From an uncultured virus (IMG/VR IMGVR_UViG_3300001680_000191) (lineage: Duplodnaviria > Heunggongvirae > Uroviricota > Caudoviricetes), in IMG/VR virus record IMGVR_UViG_3300001680_000191, positions 1 to 64,000 of that record: 64,000 nucleotides of DNA. The stretch is one strand, 5' to 3'. The notes beneath the pieces are model-generated. The model saw only the letters and a list, made by a program, of their open reading frames with translations. It ran no database searches and was not told where the DNA came from. Below, one piece after another: positions 57,685 to 63,989 of this stretch (positions within the stretch are counted from its first letter, which is position 1; each line of letters begins with the position of its first letter). Both the position numbers and the translations under genes were made by a program.

Positions 57685-57880
57685 CGGCGCCCCCAGCATC
57701 GGTGATCTTGTTGTCGCACTCTACGATGTGGAGCGCGGCATTTCTTGCGCTGGATTGGTGATGGAGACTAAGGGAATCGAATGTAATGTTCGGTGGTTAT
57801 CCGCAAGTTATCCTATCGGATGGTGGCAGCGTTCAGCCCTAAAAGTTATCAGCCCAAGCGGGAAGACCAAAAAAGTTTAA
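57674..57880 (+). CDS. GDLV-family protein with a short N-terminal extension
   Basis: MKASGAPSIGDLVV...LKVIS. Confidence 0.75.
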   Translation: MKASGAPSIGDLVVALYDVERGISCAGLVMETKGIECNVRWLSASYPIGWWQRSALKVISPSGKTKKV

Positions 57881-57885
57881 CGCAC

Positions 57886-57940
57886 TTAACAATCACTTGA
57901 CAACTTAGAGGTTGACTAACACCCGTTTGGGTGCTATATT
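57886..57940 (+). promoter_or_regulatory. Promoter with tandem upstream boxes
   Basis: TTAACA(57886), TTGACA(57897), -35 TTGACT(57912)-N17-TATATT with TG extension. Confidence 0.8.
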
Positions 57941-57964
57941 ATAGGTATAGAAAGGAAGAAATAT

Positions 57965-58174
57965 ATGAAAGTCGGTGACCTTGTGATGTTTGAAAGTGAC
58001 GTTCCCAAATCCCAGCGGTTCTGGACTGGCGAATATGTCAGAACAGGCATTGTTGTTGCTGAGTTATCCGGCGATCATATCGAAGCACCCGCTGTTTCAG
58101 TATTGTGGGCATCAGGCGAACTTACTGAAAGATGTCCTCCCCGGATACTGGAGGTGATCAGTGAAAGTCGGTGA
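57965..58174 (+). CDS. MKVGDLV-family protein
   Basis: MKVGDLVMF...LEVISESR. Confidence 0.8.
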   Translation: MKVGDLVMFESDVPKSQRFWTGEYVRTGIVVAELSGDHIEAPAVSVLWASGELTERCPPRILEVISESR

Positions 58175-58331
58175 TTTGGTAAGAGACGTTGAAGGCAAAT
58201 ACATCGGCATAGTTTCGCACATTGATCCTGAAGAAATCGGTGATGATGATGCGGTTATGGTTGTGTGGCTCGATGGTGATGCTTCTTGGCATACAGCAGA
58301 GTTTTTGGAGAGATTAAATGAAAATAGGTGA
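58161..58331 (+). CDS. MKVGDLV-family protein (56 aa, not in the ORF track)
   Basis: MKVGDLVRDVEGKYIGIVSHIDPEEIGD...LERLNENR. Confidence 0.8.
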   Translation: MKVGDLVRDVEGKYIGIVSHIDPEEIGDDDAVMVVWLDGDASWHTAEFLERLNENR

Positions 58332-58494
58332 TTTGGTAGAATCCCCCCATCATATGATTCGGGGCATTGTCACGGAAGTAGGCGATGGTGACGATAACTA
58401 TAATAACGGCCCAGCCGTGCGCGTCAAATGGCTTGACGGCGACGATTCGATAGAGTGGGCAGAGTATTTGAGGGTGATCAGTGAAGGTCGGTGA
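58318..58494 (+). CDS. MKVGDLV-family protein (58 aa, not in the ORF track)
   Basis: MKIGDLVESPHHMIRGIVTEV...VKWLDG...LRVISEGR. Confidence 0.8.
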   Translation: MKIGDLVESPHHMIRGIVTEVGDGDDNYNNGPAVRVKWLDGDDSIEWAEYLRVISEGR

Positions 58495-58651
58495 TCTGGT
58501 GAGAAGCCTTAAATCTGAGGGTGGCATGTTGGGTATTATAGTTGGATGGCATCGCCACAACCGTGAGGCGCGCCCAATAGTCCGATGGAATGACGGCAGA
58601 ATCAGTTGGGTGATGCCACATTTAGTCAAGGTAATGTGTCCAGTATTATGA
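58481..58651 (+). CDS. MKVGDLV-family protein (56 aa, not in the ORF track)
   Basis: MKVGDLVRSLKSEGGMLGIIVGW...PIVRWNDGR. Confidence 0.8.
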   Translation: MKVGDLVRSLKSEGGMLGIIVGWHRHNREARPIVRWNDGRISWVMPHLVKVMCPVL

Positions 58652-58845
58652 AAGTAGGCGATCTGGTAAAGGTGGGACCACCATCGCGCCCTTTTATCAC
58701 CCATCCATTTTTCGTGAGCATCGTGTTGGAAGTCAACAAGAGCGAAAACCATCCGAATGGTTTGGGGTTAGTTAAAGTGTTGGAAGCCGGCCAAGAAGCG
58801 TGGTATCCCATTGGATGCATCGAGTTGATAAATGAAAGTCGGTGA
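58648..58845 (+). CDS. MKVGDLV-family protein
   Basis: MKVGDLVKVG...IELINESR. Confidence 0.8.
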   Translation: MKVGDLVKVGPPSRPFITHPFFVSIVLEVNKSENHPNGLGLVKVLEAGQEAWYPIGCIELINESR

Positions 58846-59017
58846 TCTGGTTAAACTAAAGTGGCGAGGAAATGGTCACCCCAAGATTGGTGTGATTGTT
58901 GGTAGTTTTCAAGGTGACCTGGACTGTGAAGAATATAAAGTTTTATGGGATTGCCCGGAGTGGTCGATGGGCATGTGGAAAGAGCGTGAGTTGGTGGTGA
59001 TCAGTGAAAATAGGTGA
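58832..59017 (+). CDS. MKVGDLV-family protein
   Basis: MKVGDLVKLKWRGNGHPKIG...LVVISENR. Confidence 0.8.
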   Translation: MKVGDLVKLKWRGNGHPKIGVIVGSFQGDLDCEEYKVLWDCPEWSMGMWKERELVVISENR

Positions 59018-59192
59018 TCTGGTCGAGATTGAAAAGTGGTGCAAGAACAAGTTTAGGAAAGCTATTGTTGTTCGGGTCGAAGAATGGGATCGCGAAGGCG
59101 CATGGATTAAGTATCTCGATGGCGGCCATGGCACAAGTGACAGCGGCTATGCCATGAAACGAAACTTGAAGGTGATCAGTGAAAGTAGGTGA
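59004..59192 (+). CDS. MKVGDLV-family protein
   Basis: MKIGDLVEIE...LKVISESR. Confidence 0.8.
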   Translation: MKIGDLVEIEKWCKNKFRKAIVVRVEEWDREGAWIKYLDGGHGTSDSGYAMKRNLKVISESR

Positions 59193-59358
59193 TTTGATTA
59201 AACATAGGCATGCCGAGTGGCACACAGGCATAGTCACAAAGGTTAGCCGTGACGGACCACCGGGCTTGGTGTATGTAGAGGCTTTGTGGAGTGGCGACTG
59301 GCTTAATGAACGGAGCATAGAACAACAATATCTTGAGGTGATCAGTGAAGGTCGGTGA
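59179..59358 (+). CDS. MKVGDLV-family protein (59 aa, not in the ORF track)
   Basis: MKVGDLIKHRHAEWHTGIVTKV...LEVISEGR. Confidence 0.8.
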   Translation: MKVGDLIKHRHAEWHTGIVTKVSRDGPPGLVYVEALWSGDWLNERSIEQQYLEVISEGR

Positions 59359-59506
59359 TCTGGTTCGCGTAAATGCTCCCGTGGTGTATATCGGTATGGT
59401 TATGGTTACTAATGTGAAAGGTGGCGCTCTTGTGCGCTCGCTTGATGGCAACTATGAGTATTGGATATATGACTGGAGCGGGGAGGTTATCAGTGAAAGT
59501 CGGTGA
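59345..59506 (+). CDS. MKVGDLV-family protein (53 aa, not in the ORF track)
   Basis: MKVGDLVRVNAPVVYIGMV...GEVISESR. Confidence 0.8.
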   Translation: MKVGDLVRVNAPVVYIGMVMVTNVKGGALVRSLDGNYEYWIYDWSGEVISESR

Positions 59507-59699
59507 TCTCATATCGTTCAAGCCAAAATCGTTCGGTGATGATGACTGGTCTAACCCCGGCATTGTACTCGACAGCTATGAGCATGATGATCGGCAAACT
59601 GGAGGCTGGAAAGACTTGATATGGATTGTATGGATCGATGGTTATAAATGTATGGTCAACCAAAGAAACGATGATGTGGTTTACTTGACAGGTTCTTGA
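59493..59699 (+). CDS. MKVGDLV-family protein
   Basis: MKVGDLISFK...PGIVLD...IVWIDG. Confidence 0.8.
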   Translation: MKVGDLISFKPKSFGDDDWSNPGIVLDSYEHDDRQTGGWKDLIWIVWIDGYKCMVNQRNDDVVYLTGS

Positions 59700-59729
59700 C
59701 TTGACATTGGGGCAAATGGGTGTTATATT
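59685..59729 (+). promoter_or_regulatory. Promoter with tandem upstream boxes
   Basis: TTGACA(59685), TTGAC(59696), -35 TTGACA(59701)-N17-TATATT with TG extension. Confidence 0.8.
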
Positions 59730-59735
59730 ATAGGT

Positions 59736-59873
59736 ATGAAGAAGAAAAAGACCAACACCCCGAAGCGCCGCAACTGGATCGCAGTCGCCGCACATTTTCG
59801 GCTCGCCGGAGCGATGAAGGATCGCAAGAAGGCAGCGAACAAAAAGGCATGCCGAGGAAAGGTGCGAGTATGA
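59736..59873 (+). CDS. 45-aa highly basic peptide, probably leaderless
   Basis: MKKKKTNTPKRRNWIAVAAHFRLAGAMKDRKKAANKKACRGKVRV; ATG 6 nt after the -10; ATGA overlap with the next gene. Confidence 0.65.
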   Translation: MKKKKTNTPKRRNWIAVAAHFRLAGAMKDRKKAANKKACRGKVRV

Positions 59874-60040
59874 AAATCGGTGATCTGGTGCGTATGCAAG
59901 CGAATGGAACGATATGGTTAGTTATGTGTGTTGTCGGTGACGATGCACTGTTACATAATATGAAGACCAACTATCGAATGTGGGCGACTTGGAACCTCAC
60001 ACACGATAGACTCAACTATGAAGTGATGAGCGCAGCATGA
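59870..60040 (+). CDS. MKVGDLV-family protein
   Basis: MKIGDLVRMQ...YEVMSAA. Confidence 0.78.
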   Translation: MKIGDLVRMQANGTIWLVMCVVGDDALLHNMKTNYRMWATWNLTHDRLNYEVMSAA

Positions 60041-60213
60041 AAGTCGGTGATTTGGTAAAGAGTCGTTACGCAAGGTTTGAACTCGCTGGAGTGATGGGGG
60101 TTATCGTCAAAAATACACCCGAGTATTCCACAACCCAATATCAGGTTTTGGTGGGTGGTCGCATACGATCCTTTGCGGCGAGGCATTTGGAGGTTATCAA
60201 TGAAAGTCGGTGA
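60037..60213 (+). CDS. MKVGDLV-family protein (58 aa, not in the ORF track)
   Basis: MKVGDLVKSRY...MGVIVK...LEVINESR. Confidence 0.8.
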   Translation: MKVGDLVKSRYARFELAGVMGVIVKNTPEYSTTQYQVLVGGRIRSFAARHLEVINESR

Positions 60214-60379
60214 TTTGGTGAGAAGCCTTCAGAGTTATAACTCTGAAGGCGGCATGTTAGGTATTATAGTCGGCTGGAACCGCAGCCCTGCAAATCTCCC
60301 TCATATCTGCCCAATAGTACGATGGAATGACGGTAGAACCAGTTGGGTTATGCAACATTTAGTTAAGGTGGTGGTATGA
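60200..60379 (+). CDS. MKVGDLV-family protein
   Basis: MKVGDLVRSLQSYNSEGGMLGIIVGW; close paralog of the 58481 gene. Confidence 0.8.
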   Translation: MKVGDLVRSLQSYNSEGGMLGIIVGWNRSPANLPHICPIVRWNDGRTSWVMQHLVKVVV

Positions 60380-60660
60380 AAGTCGGTGATTTGGTAACAT
60401 TGTCAACATATTCGTTATGTTCAGAACCGATGTGGACATGGAAGAACAAGATTTGGGATGGTAAAAAGTCCCTTGTGGGGCTGGTTGTGTGTGTGAAAAA
60501 TAACCCACGTATCAGGCCATGGACATCTAAGAATGAAAGCACATTTTATTATATTAACTGGATGCAGAAAGATGGTCCTGCGAGCCGATTCGGAACAACA
60601 ATCTATCACGGCAGCGCGTCTGGATATTTCCTGCGTAAAGATTTGAAGTTTGTGAAGTGA
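60376..60660 (+). CDS. MKVGDLV-family protein (longer member)
   Basis: MKVGDLVTLS...VGLVVCV...INW...LKFVK. Confidence 0.8.
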   Translation: MKVGDLVTLSTYSLCSEPMWTWKNKIWDGKKSLVGLVVCVKNNPRIRPWTSKNESTFYYINWMQKDGPASRFGTTIYHGSASGYFLRKDLKFVK

Positions 60661-60677
60661 ACAAAAAGGAGATAAAG

Positions 60678-61022
60678 ATGCAAGTAAATGAGTTTTTTAA
60701 TACAGTTGGTTCCAACAGGAACCGACAGGTTGTGTGTGCTGATGGGTTCACCATGAGTGTGCAAGCGTTCGATGGTGGGTACTGCACACCGCGCATCAAC
60801 GACGCAGACAAGTATGAAGAAGTTGAGGTAGGCTACCCGAGCGAGCGCGAGGAACTACTGATGAACTGGGCAGAAGAACCCGACAAGCCGACACAAACGG
60901 TTTACGGATACGTGCCGGTTCAAGTGGTGACGAATGTGCTGGCAAAGCACGGCGGCATTGTTGACGGCGAGATCCCCAAGGGTGTTGCCCCAATCCCAGC
61001 AAACTTTATGGTTGACGAATAG
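60678..61022 (+). CDS. Hypothetical phage protein
   Basis: AGGAG RBS before ATG 60678; CADGFTMSVQA...YCTPR...EVGYPS. Confidence 0.7.
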   Translation: MQVNEFFNTVGSNRNRQVVCADGFTMSVQAFDGGYCTPRINDADKYEEVEVGYPSEREELLMNWAEEPDKPTQTVYGYVPVQVVTNVLAKHGGIVDGEIPKGVAPIPANFMVDE

Positions 61023-61066
61023 TTGACAACTTAGGCGTTGACAGTGGCGCTATGCTTTGCTATATT
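61012..61066 (+). promoter_or_regulatory. Promoter with tandem upstream boxes
   Basis: TTGACG(61012), TTGACA(61023), -35 TTGACA(61038)-N17-TATATT with TG extension. Confidence 0.8.
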
Positions 61067-61089
61067 ATAGGTATAGAAAGGAAAAAACT

Positions 61090-61299
61090 ATGACCGAGCA
61101 ACGACACCCAATCCACGCCGTAGGATCTTTGGTGCGGCACAAGAACCTTCCTGACAACCCTCTTGCGCTTGTTATAGACCATGCGCCTTGTTCAGATGGT
61201 AGCGGGATCATCGTCAGAGTGCTAAAGCCATCAAGGGGCAATCCAAGCGGTGAGTTTGTCACAGTATCTATCAGATGGGAACTTGTTTCTTCGTCCTGA
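61090..61299 (+). CDS. Divergent GDLV-family protein
   Basis: HAVGSLVRHK...ALVID...VRVL...WELVS. Confidence 0.65.
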   Translation: MTEQRHPIHAVGSLVRHKNLPDNPLALVIDHAPCSDGSGIIVRVLKPSRGNPSGEFVTVSIRWELVSSS

Positions 61300-61349
61300 C
61301 ATTCACTTGACAAGAAATGGCTTGCACTAATAGCCATCCCGGTTATATT
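61296..61349 (+). promoter_or_regulatory. Promoter with tandem upstream boxes
   Basis: CTGACA(61296), TTGACA(61307), -35 TTGCAC(61322)-N16-TATATT. Confidence 0.65.
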
Positions 61350-61368
61350 ATAAGAGTAAGGAGAAAAT

Positions 61369-61770
61369 ATGGGTTATCGTTCCGAAGTTGTTTTGTATGT
61401 GGGTCCAGAAGTGATGCCACAGTTTATGGTCGCGATGGCCAAGTCCCAAGCCGCCCGAGAGTTGTGCTTTGGCGATGCCGATCAGATGGTCAAAGATTAT
61501 GGTGACGTTAAAGGTTCGTTCCTATTTAAGTGGGGATGGCTCAAATGGTACGATAGCTTCCCTTGTGTGAACGCCATCGAGGACTTTATGGATTGGTGCG
61601 ACGGCGAGAAAGTTCCCACAGGCGAGAAAGACGAGGAAGGGAAAGATAAGACAGACCACGCCACCGAGTTTTTCAAGTTTATTCGCATTGGCGCAGAAAT
61701 GGATGACAATGAGCAGCGAGGCGATGCGTTTTGGGGTGACATTTATATCAACCGGAGCATTGAGTTTTAA
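61369..61770 (+). CDS. Hypothetical phage protein
   Basis: MGYRSEV...LKWYDSF...FIRIG; AAGGAG RBS. Confidence 0.75.
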   Translation: MGYRSEVVLYVGPEVMPQFMVAMAKSQAARELCFGDADQMVKDYGDVKGSFLFKWGWLKWYDSFPCVNAIEDFMDWCDGEKVPTGEKDEEGKDKTDHATEFFKFIRIGAEMDDNEQRGDAFWGDIYINRSIEF

Positions 61771-61781
61771 GTTTGAGGAAA

Positions 61782-61857
61782 GGGACCATAGCTCAACTGG
61801 CAGAGCAAAAGGCTTTTAACCTTTAGGTTCTGGGTTCGATTCCCAGTGGTCCCACCA
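61782..61857 (+). tRNA. tRNA-Lys (anticodon TTT)
   Basis: GGGACCA/TGGTCCC acceptor stem, AAAGG-CTTTTAA-CCTTT anticodon arm, GGTTCGA, CCA. Confidence 0.95.
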
Positions 61858-61864
61858 TTATCAC

Positions 61865-61941
61865 AGGCTCTTAGCTCAGTTGGTCAGAGCATTCCGCTCA
61901 TAACGGATCGGTCGTCGGTTCAAGTCCGACAGAGCCTACCA
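61865..61941 (+). tRNA. tRNA with CAT anticodon (probably Ile2, alternatively elongator Met)
   Basis: AGGCTCT/AGAGCCT acceptor stem, CTCATAA loop, GGTTCAA, CCA; the paired 1-72 and lack of GGG/CCC exclude the initiator tRNA. Confidence 0.9.
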
Positions 61942-61961
61942 CTTTTATAATAGGAGAGAAA

Positions 61962-62165
61962 ATGATTTACACAGTCATTTATGAAGAAGAAAACACAGGA
62001 AATATGGGGACTTTTACTTTCGCGGCTCAGAGGCATGACAAAAACTATGCATGGGCTGAGTTTGTTGAAAAGTATGCAGAGAAAGGGCAAGAACCGATTG
62101 CTATAATGCCCGGTCAAAGCCTCGTATATTTTATACCTGACATTTCGTTTGCAAACGTGGCTTGA
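61962..62165 (+). CDS. Hypothetical protein
   Basis: AGGAG RBS. Confidence 0.65.
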   Translation: MIYTVIYEEENTGNMGTFTFAAQRHDKNYAWAEFVEKYAEKGQEPIAIMPGQSLVYFIPDISFANVA

Positions 62166-62190
62166 CTTCGACAAGCGCCTGAGTTATAAT
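62162..62190 (+). promoter_or_regulatory. sigma70 promoter for tRNA-Arg
   Basis: TTGACT-N17-TATAAT. Confidence 0.75.
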
Positions 62191-62198
62191 ATAGTTAT

Positions 62199-62275
62199 GC
62201 TTCGGTAGCTCAGCTGGATAGAGCATCGGCCTTCTAAGCCGAGGGTCATAGGTTCAAGTCCTATCCGAAGTGCCA
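62199..62275 (+). tRNA. tRNA-Arg (anticodon TCT)
   Basis: GCTTCGG/CCGAAGT acceptor stem, TCGGC-CTTCTAA-GCCGA anticodon arm, GGTTCAA, CCA. Confidence 0.95.
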
Positions 62276-62300
62276 CTCACAAACAACAAAAGGAAACAAA

Positions 62301-62525
62301 ATGTCGTATCACGATGGCTATATTAAACCAGGCTCCACAGGTATATCCGTGGTCAATCCTCTCCATGAGGTGCAGCTTAAACTCGATAAGATCACACAGT
62401 TGGTCAGTGAGTCGTCTACCGCTGAACATGAAGATGCCGGCGTTATTAGTATCGAGCACCTTAGAATGATACTGACACTTCAAAACATTCTCGACGGCAC
62501 CGACGACGAGAAAGATGTAAAGTAA
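62301..62525 (+). CDS. Hypothetical protein
   Basis: AAGGA RBS. Confidence 0.6.
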   Translation: MSYHDGYIKPGSTGISVVNPLHEVQLKLDKITQLVSESSTAEHEDAGVISIEHLRMILTLQNILDGTDDEKDVK

Positions 62526-62537
62526 ATGTTAGTCCCC

Positions 62538-62566
62538 TTGACGCGCCCCCACATAGGGGTTATATT
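62538..62566 (+). promoter_or_regulatory. sigma70-like promoter
   Basis: TTGACG-N17-TATATT. Confidence 0.6.
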
Positions 62567-62649
62567 TATAGAGTAGGGCAAGATCCCGCGATTTTTTCTC
62601 GCCATTTTTTCTTACCAAAAATCTCTTTTCCCAACGCACAGAAAGCACA

Positions 62650-62934
62650 ATGAAAATGACACTCGTAGTAGACACGGACGACCCGAAAGGGATTGATCAC
62701 GCATGGGAAATGATTGCCATTCTTCAAAAGAAGGCTGGTCGGAACCCAACTGCGATTCGGTATACTAAAGAGTTTGGAAAGATTGAATACATTAAGTCCC
62801 TCCGCAAGTACGTGCGCGAACAGGCAGATGCACTTAAAGATGCCGACGACGATACCGTGGGTGATATTAAGGACATGCAGAGCCTTCGCAATACCAAGCA
62901 GTTTGCTGACCGTATTTTCAATGGTGAAAAATGA
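62650..62934 (+). CDS. Hypothetical protein with a possible ribosomal L7/L12 CTD-like motif
   Basis: KIEYIKSLR...SLRNTKQFAD versus L7/L12 KIAVIKAVR...GLKEAKDLVE. Confidence 0.45.
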   Translation: MKMTLVVDTDDPKGIDHAWEMIAILQKKAGRNPTAIRYTKEFGKIEYIKSLRKYVREQADALKDADDDTVGDIKDMQSLRNTKQFADRIFNGEK

Positions 62935-63110
62935 AAGTTGGTGATCTGGTGACATTTGAGTTTAACCCTGATAACATCGCGTCGTTGGGTATCGTTACTT
63001 GTATCGATCCCGAAGAAATCGGTGATGCAAATGAAGTCGAAGTTTTATGGAACGATGGCGATTCACGGAACCACTCAACAATCCATCTGGAGCTATTAAG
63101 TGAAGGTTAA
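62931..63110 (+). CDS. MKVGDLV-family protein (59 aa, not in the ORF track)
   Basis: MKVGDLVTFEF...GIVTCIDPEEIGD...LELLSEG. Confidence 0.8.
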   Translation: MKVGDLVTFEFNPDNIASLGIVTCIDPEEIGDANEVEVLWNDGDSRNHSTIHLELLSEG

Positions 63111-63288
63111 AGTTGGCGATCTGGTGAGAATGAAGGACACTATGTATGATAGTGATCTTGTCGGCATCGTTGTTGACAGGGACCATCATCCTAACTCTAC
63201 CCAAATAGGTATAAAATGGTTTGGAGGTTCAGGCAAAGTTGACTGGGAGCCCGAGCCATGGTTGGAGGTTGTCAGTGAAAGTCGGTGA
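63100..63288 (+). CDS. MKVGDLV-family protein
   Basis: MKVKVGDLVRM...LEVVSESR. Confidence 0.8.
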   Translation: MKVKVGDLVRMKDTMYDSDLVGIVVDRDHHPNSTQIGIKWFGGSGKVDWEPEPWLEVVSESR

Positions 63289-63424
63289 TCTGGTGTTTGA
63301 TAGATACCATAAAAAATACAGCATCGTTGTGGATGTGTGGGGCAGCAAGAAAACGGGGAGGTTCGTTAAACTTAACCAGGGATACAAAGTATCTGCCGAA
63401 TATATGAGGGTTGTTAGTTCTTAA
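63275..63424 (+). CDS. MKVGDLV-family protein
   Basis: MKVGDLVFDRY...MRVVSS. Confidence 0.78.
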   Translation: MKVGDLVFDRYHKKYSIVVDVWGSKKTGRFVKLNQGYKVSAEYMRVVSS

Positions 63425-63474
63425 CAATCTCTTGACGGGAAAAACTTGCGTTAACCGCTGCGCGGTGTTATAAT
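63421..63474 (+). promoter_or_regulatory. Promoter with tandem upstream boxes
   Basis: TTAACA(63421), TTGACG(63432), -35 TTGCGT(63446)-N17-TATAAT with TG extension. Confidence 0.7.
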
Positions 63475-63480
63475 ATATAT

Positions 63481-63666
63481 ATGAAAGTTGGTGATCTGGT
63501 AAAACTCAAACATCAAGGTAATGGCCACCCACGTATCGGTATCGTTAAAAGCGTGTCGGTGCGTTCTCTTGAAGAAAGGGTATGCACGTGTATGTGGGAT
63601 AAGCCATTGTGGGATTACGTTCAGTATAATGAAGGCGAGTTGGAGGTTGTTAGTGAAAGTAGGTGA
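63481..63666 (+). CDS. MKVGDLV-family protein, probably leaderless
   Basis: MKVGDLVKLKHQGNGHPRIG...LEVVSESR; ATG 6 nt after the -10 with no SD. Confidence 0.8.
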   Translation: MKVGDLVKLKHQGNGHPRIGIVKSVSVRSLEERVCTCMWDKPLWDYVQYNEGELEVVSESR

Positions 63667-63820
63667 TCTGGTGAGATACAAAGGCATTTTAGGCATTGTT
63701 ACTGCGCCTTGCATAAAGCGATGGGCTAAATCTGGTGATGTGTGGGTGCTGTGGAACAACAGGAGCAAGCCCATCGTGGAGTGCAGCGGCTTTATGGAGT
63801 TGGTAAATGCAAGTCGGTGA
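63653..63820 (+). CDS. MKVGDLV-family protein
   Basis: MKVGDLVRYKGILGIV...MELVNASR. Confidence 0.8.
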   Translation: MKVGDLVRYKGILGIVTAPCIKRWAKSGDVWVLWNNRSKPIVECSGFMELVNASR

Positions 63821-63989
63821 CTTAGTTAAACATTTTCTGACCGAGCAGATCGGCGTCATAGTTTTTATCTCGCAACATAACGGGCTTCCGATCCGTGTGC
63901 TGTGGACAACGCAGGGCGATTCCCTGTTCGGTCCCGGCAACAAAGAATGGTGTGGAGAGAATCAGTTGGATCTCTTGACAACTGCTTGA
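63807..63989 (+). CDS. MKVGDLV-family protein
   Basis: MQVGDLVKH...IGVIV...RVLW...LDLL. Confidence 0.8.
   Translation: MQVGDLVKHFLTEQIGVIVFISQHNGLPIRVLWTTQGDSLFGPGNKEWCGENQLDLLTTA

Larger units (their letters stand above)
57282..63989 (+). repeat. Array of 22 M(K/Q)(V/I)GDL small genes joined by a ~30-bp junction repeat
   Basis: Consensus GGAGGTGATCAGTGAAAGTCGGTGATCTGGT. Starts at 57282, 57463, 57965, 58161, 58318, 58481, 58648, 58832, 59004, 59179, 59345, 59493, 59870, 60037, 60200, 60376, 62931, 63100, 63275, 63481, 63653, 63807. Confidence 0.92.

Noticed and set aside
58150..59510. GATC sites in the junction repeat as a Dam-methylation switch
   Set aside because: GATC is lost in many copies (GATTTG, GTTATC, GTTGTC), is explained by SD and Gly-Asp-Leu coding, and the MTase specificities are unknown.
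57965..59699. CRISPR array interpretation of the regularly spaced ~30-bp repeats
   Set aside because: The intervening segments are about 120-165 bp and are open homologous reading frames, the repeats are degenerate and coding, and there are no cas genes in the window.
59720..59869. N-terminal extensions given by the ORF track (59720; also 57252, 58606, 59421, 60155, 63221, 63521)
   Set aside because: They run through promoters or other-frame cassette genes; the starts at MK(V/I)GDL fit the family pattern and RBS placement.
57282..63989. Classical integron or diversity-generating retroelement
   Set aside because: No attC-like inverted repeats, tyrosine integrase, reverse transcriptase or TR/VR pair with adenine-specific differences is visible; such genes could lie outside the window.
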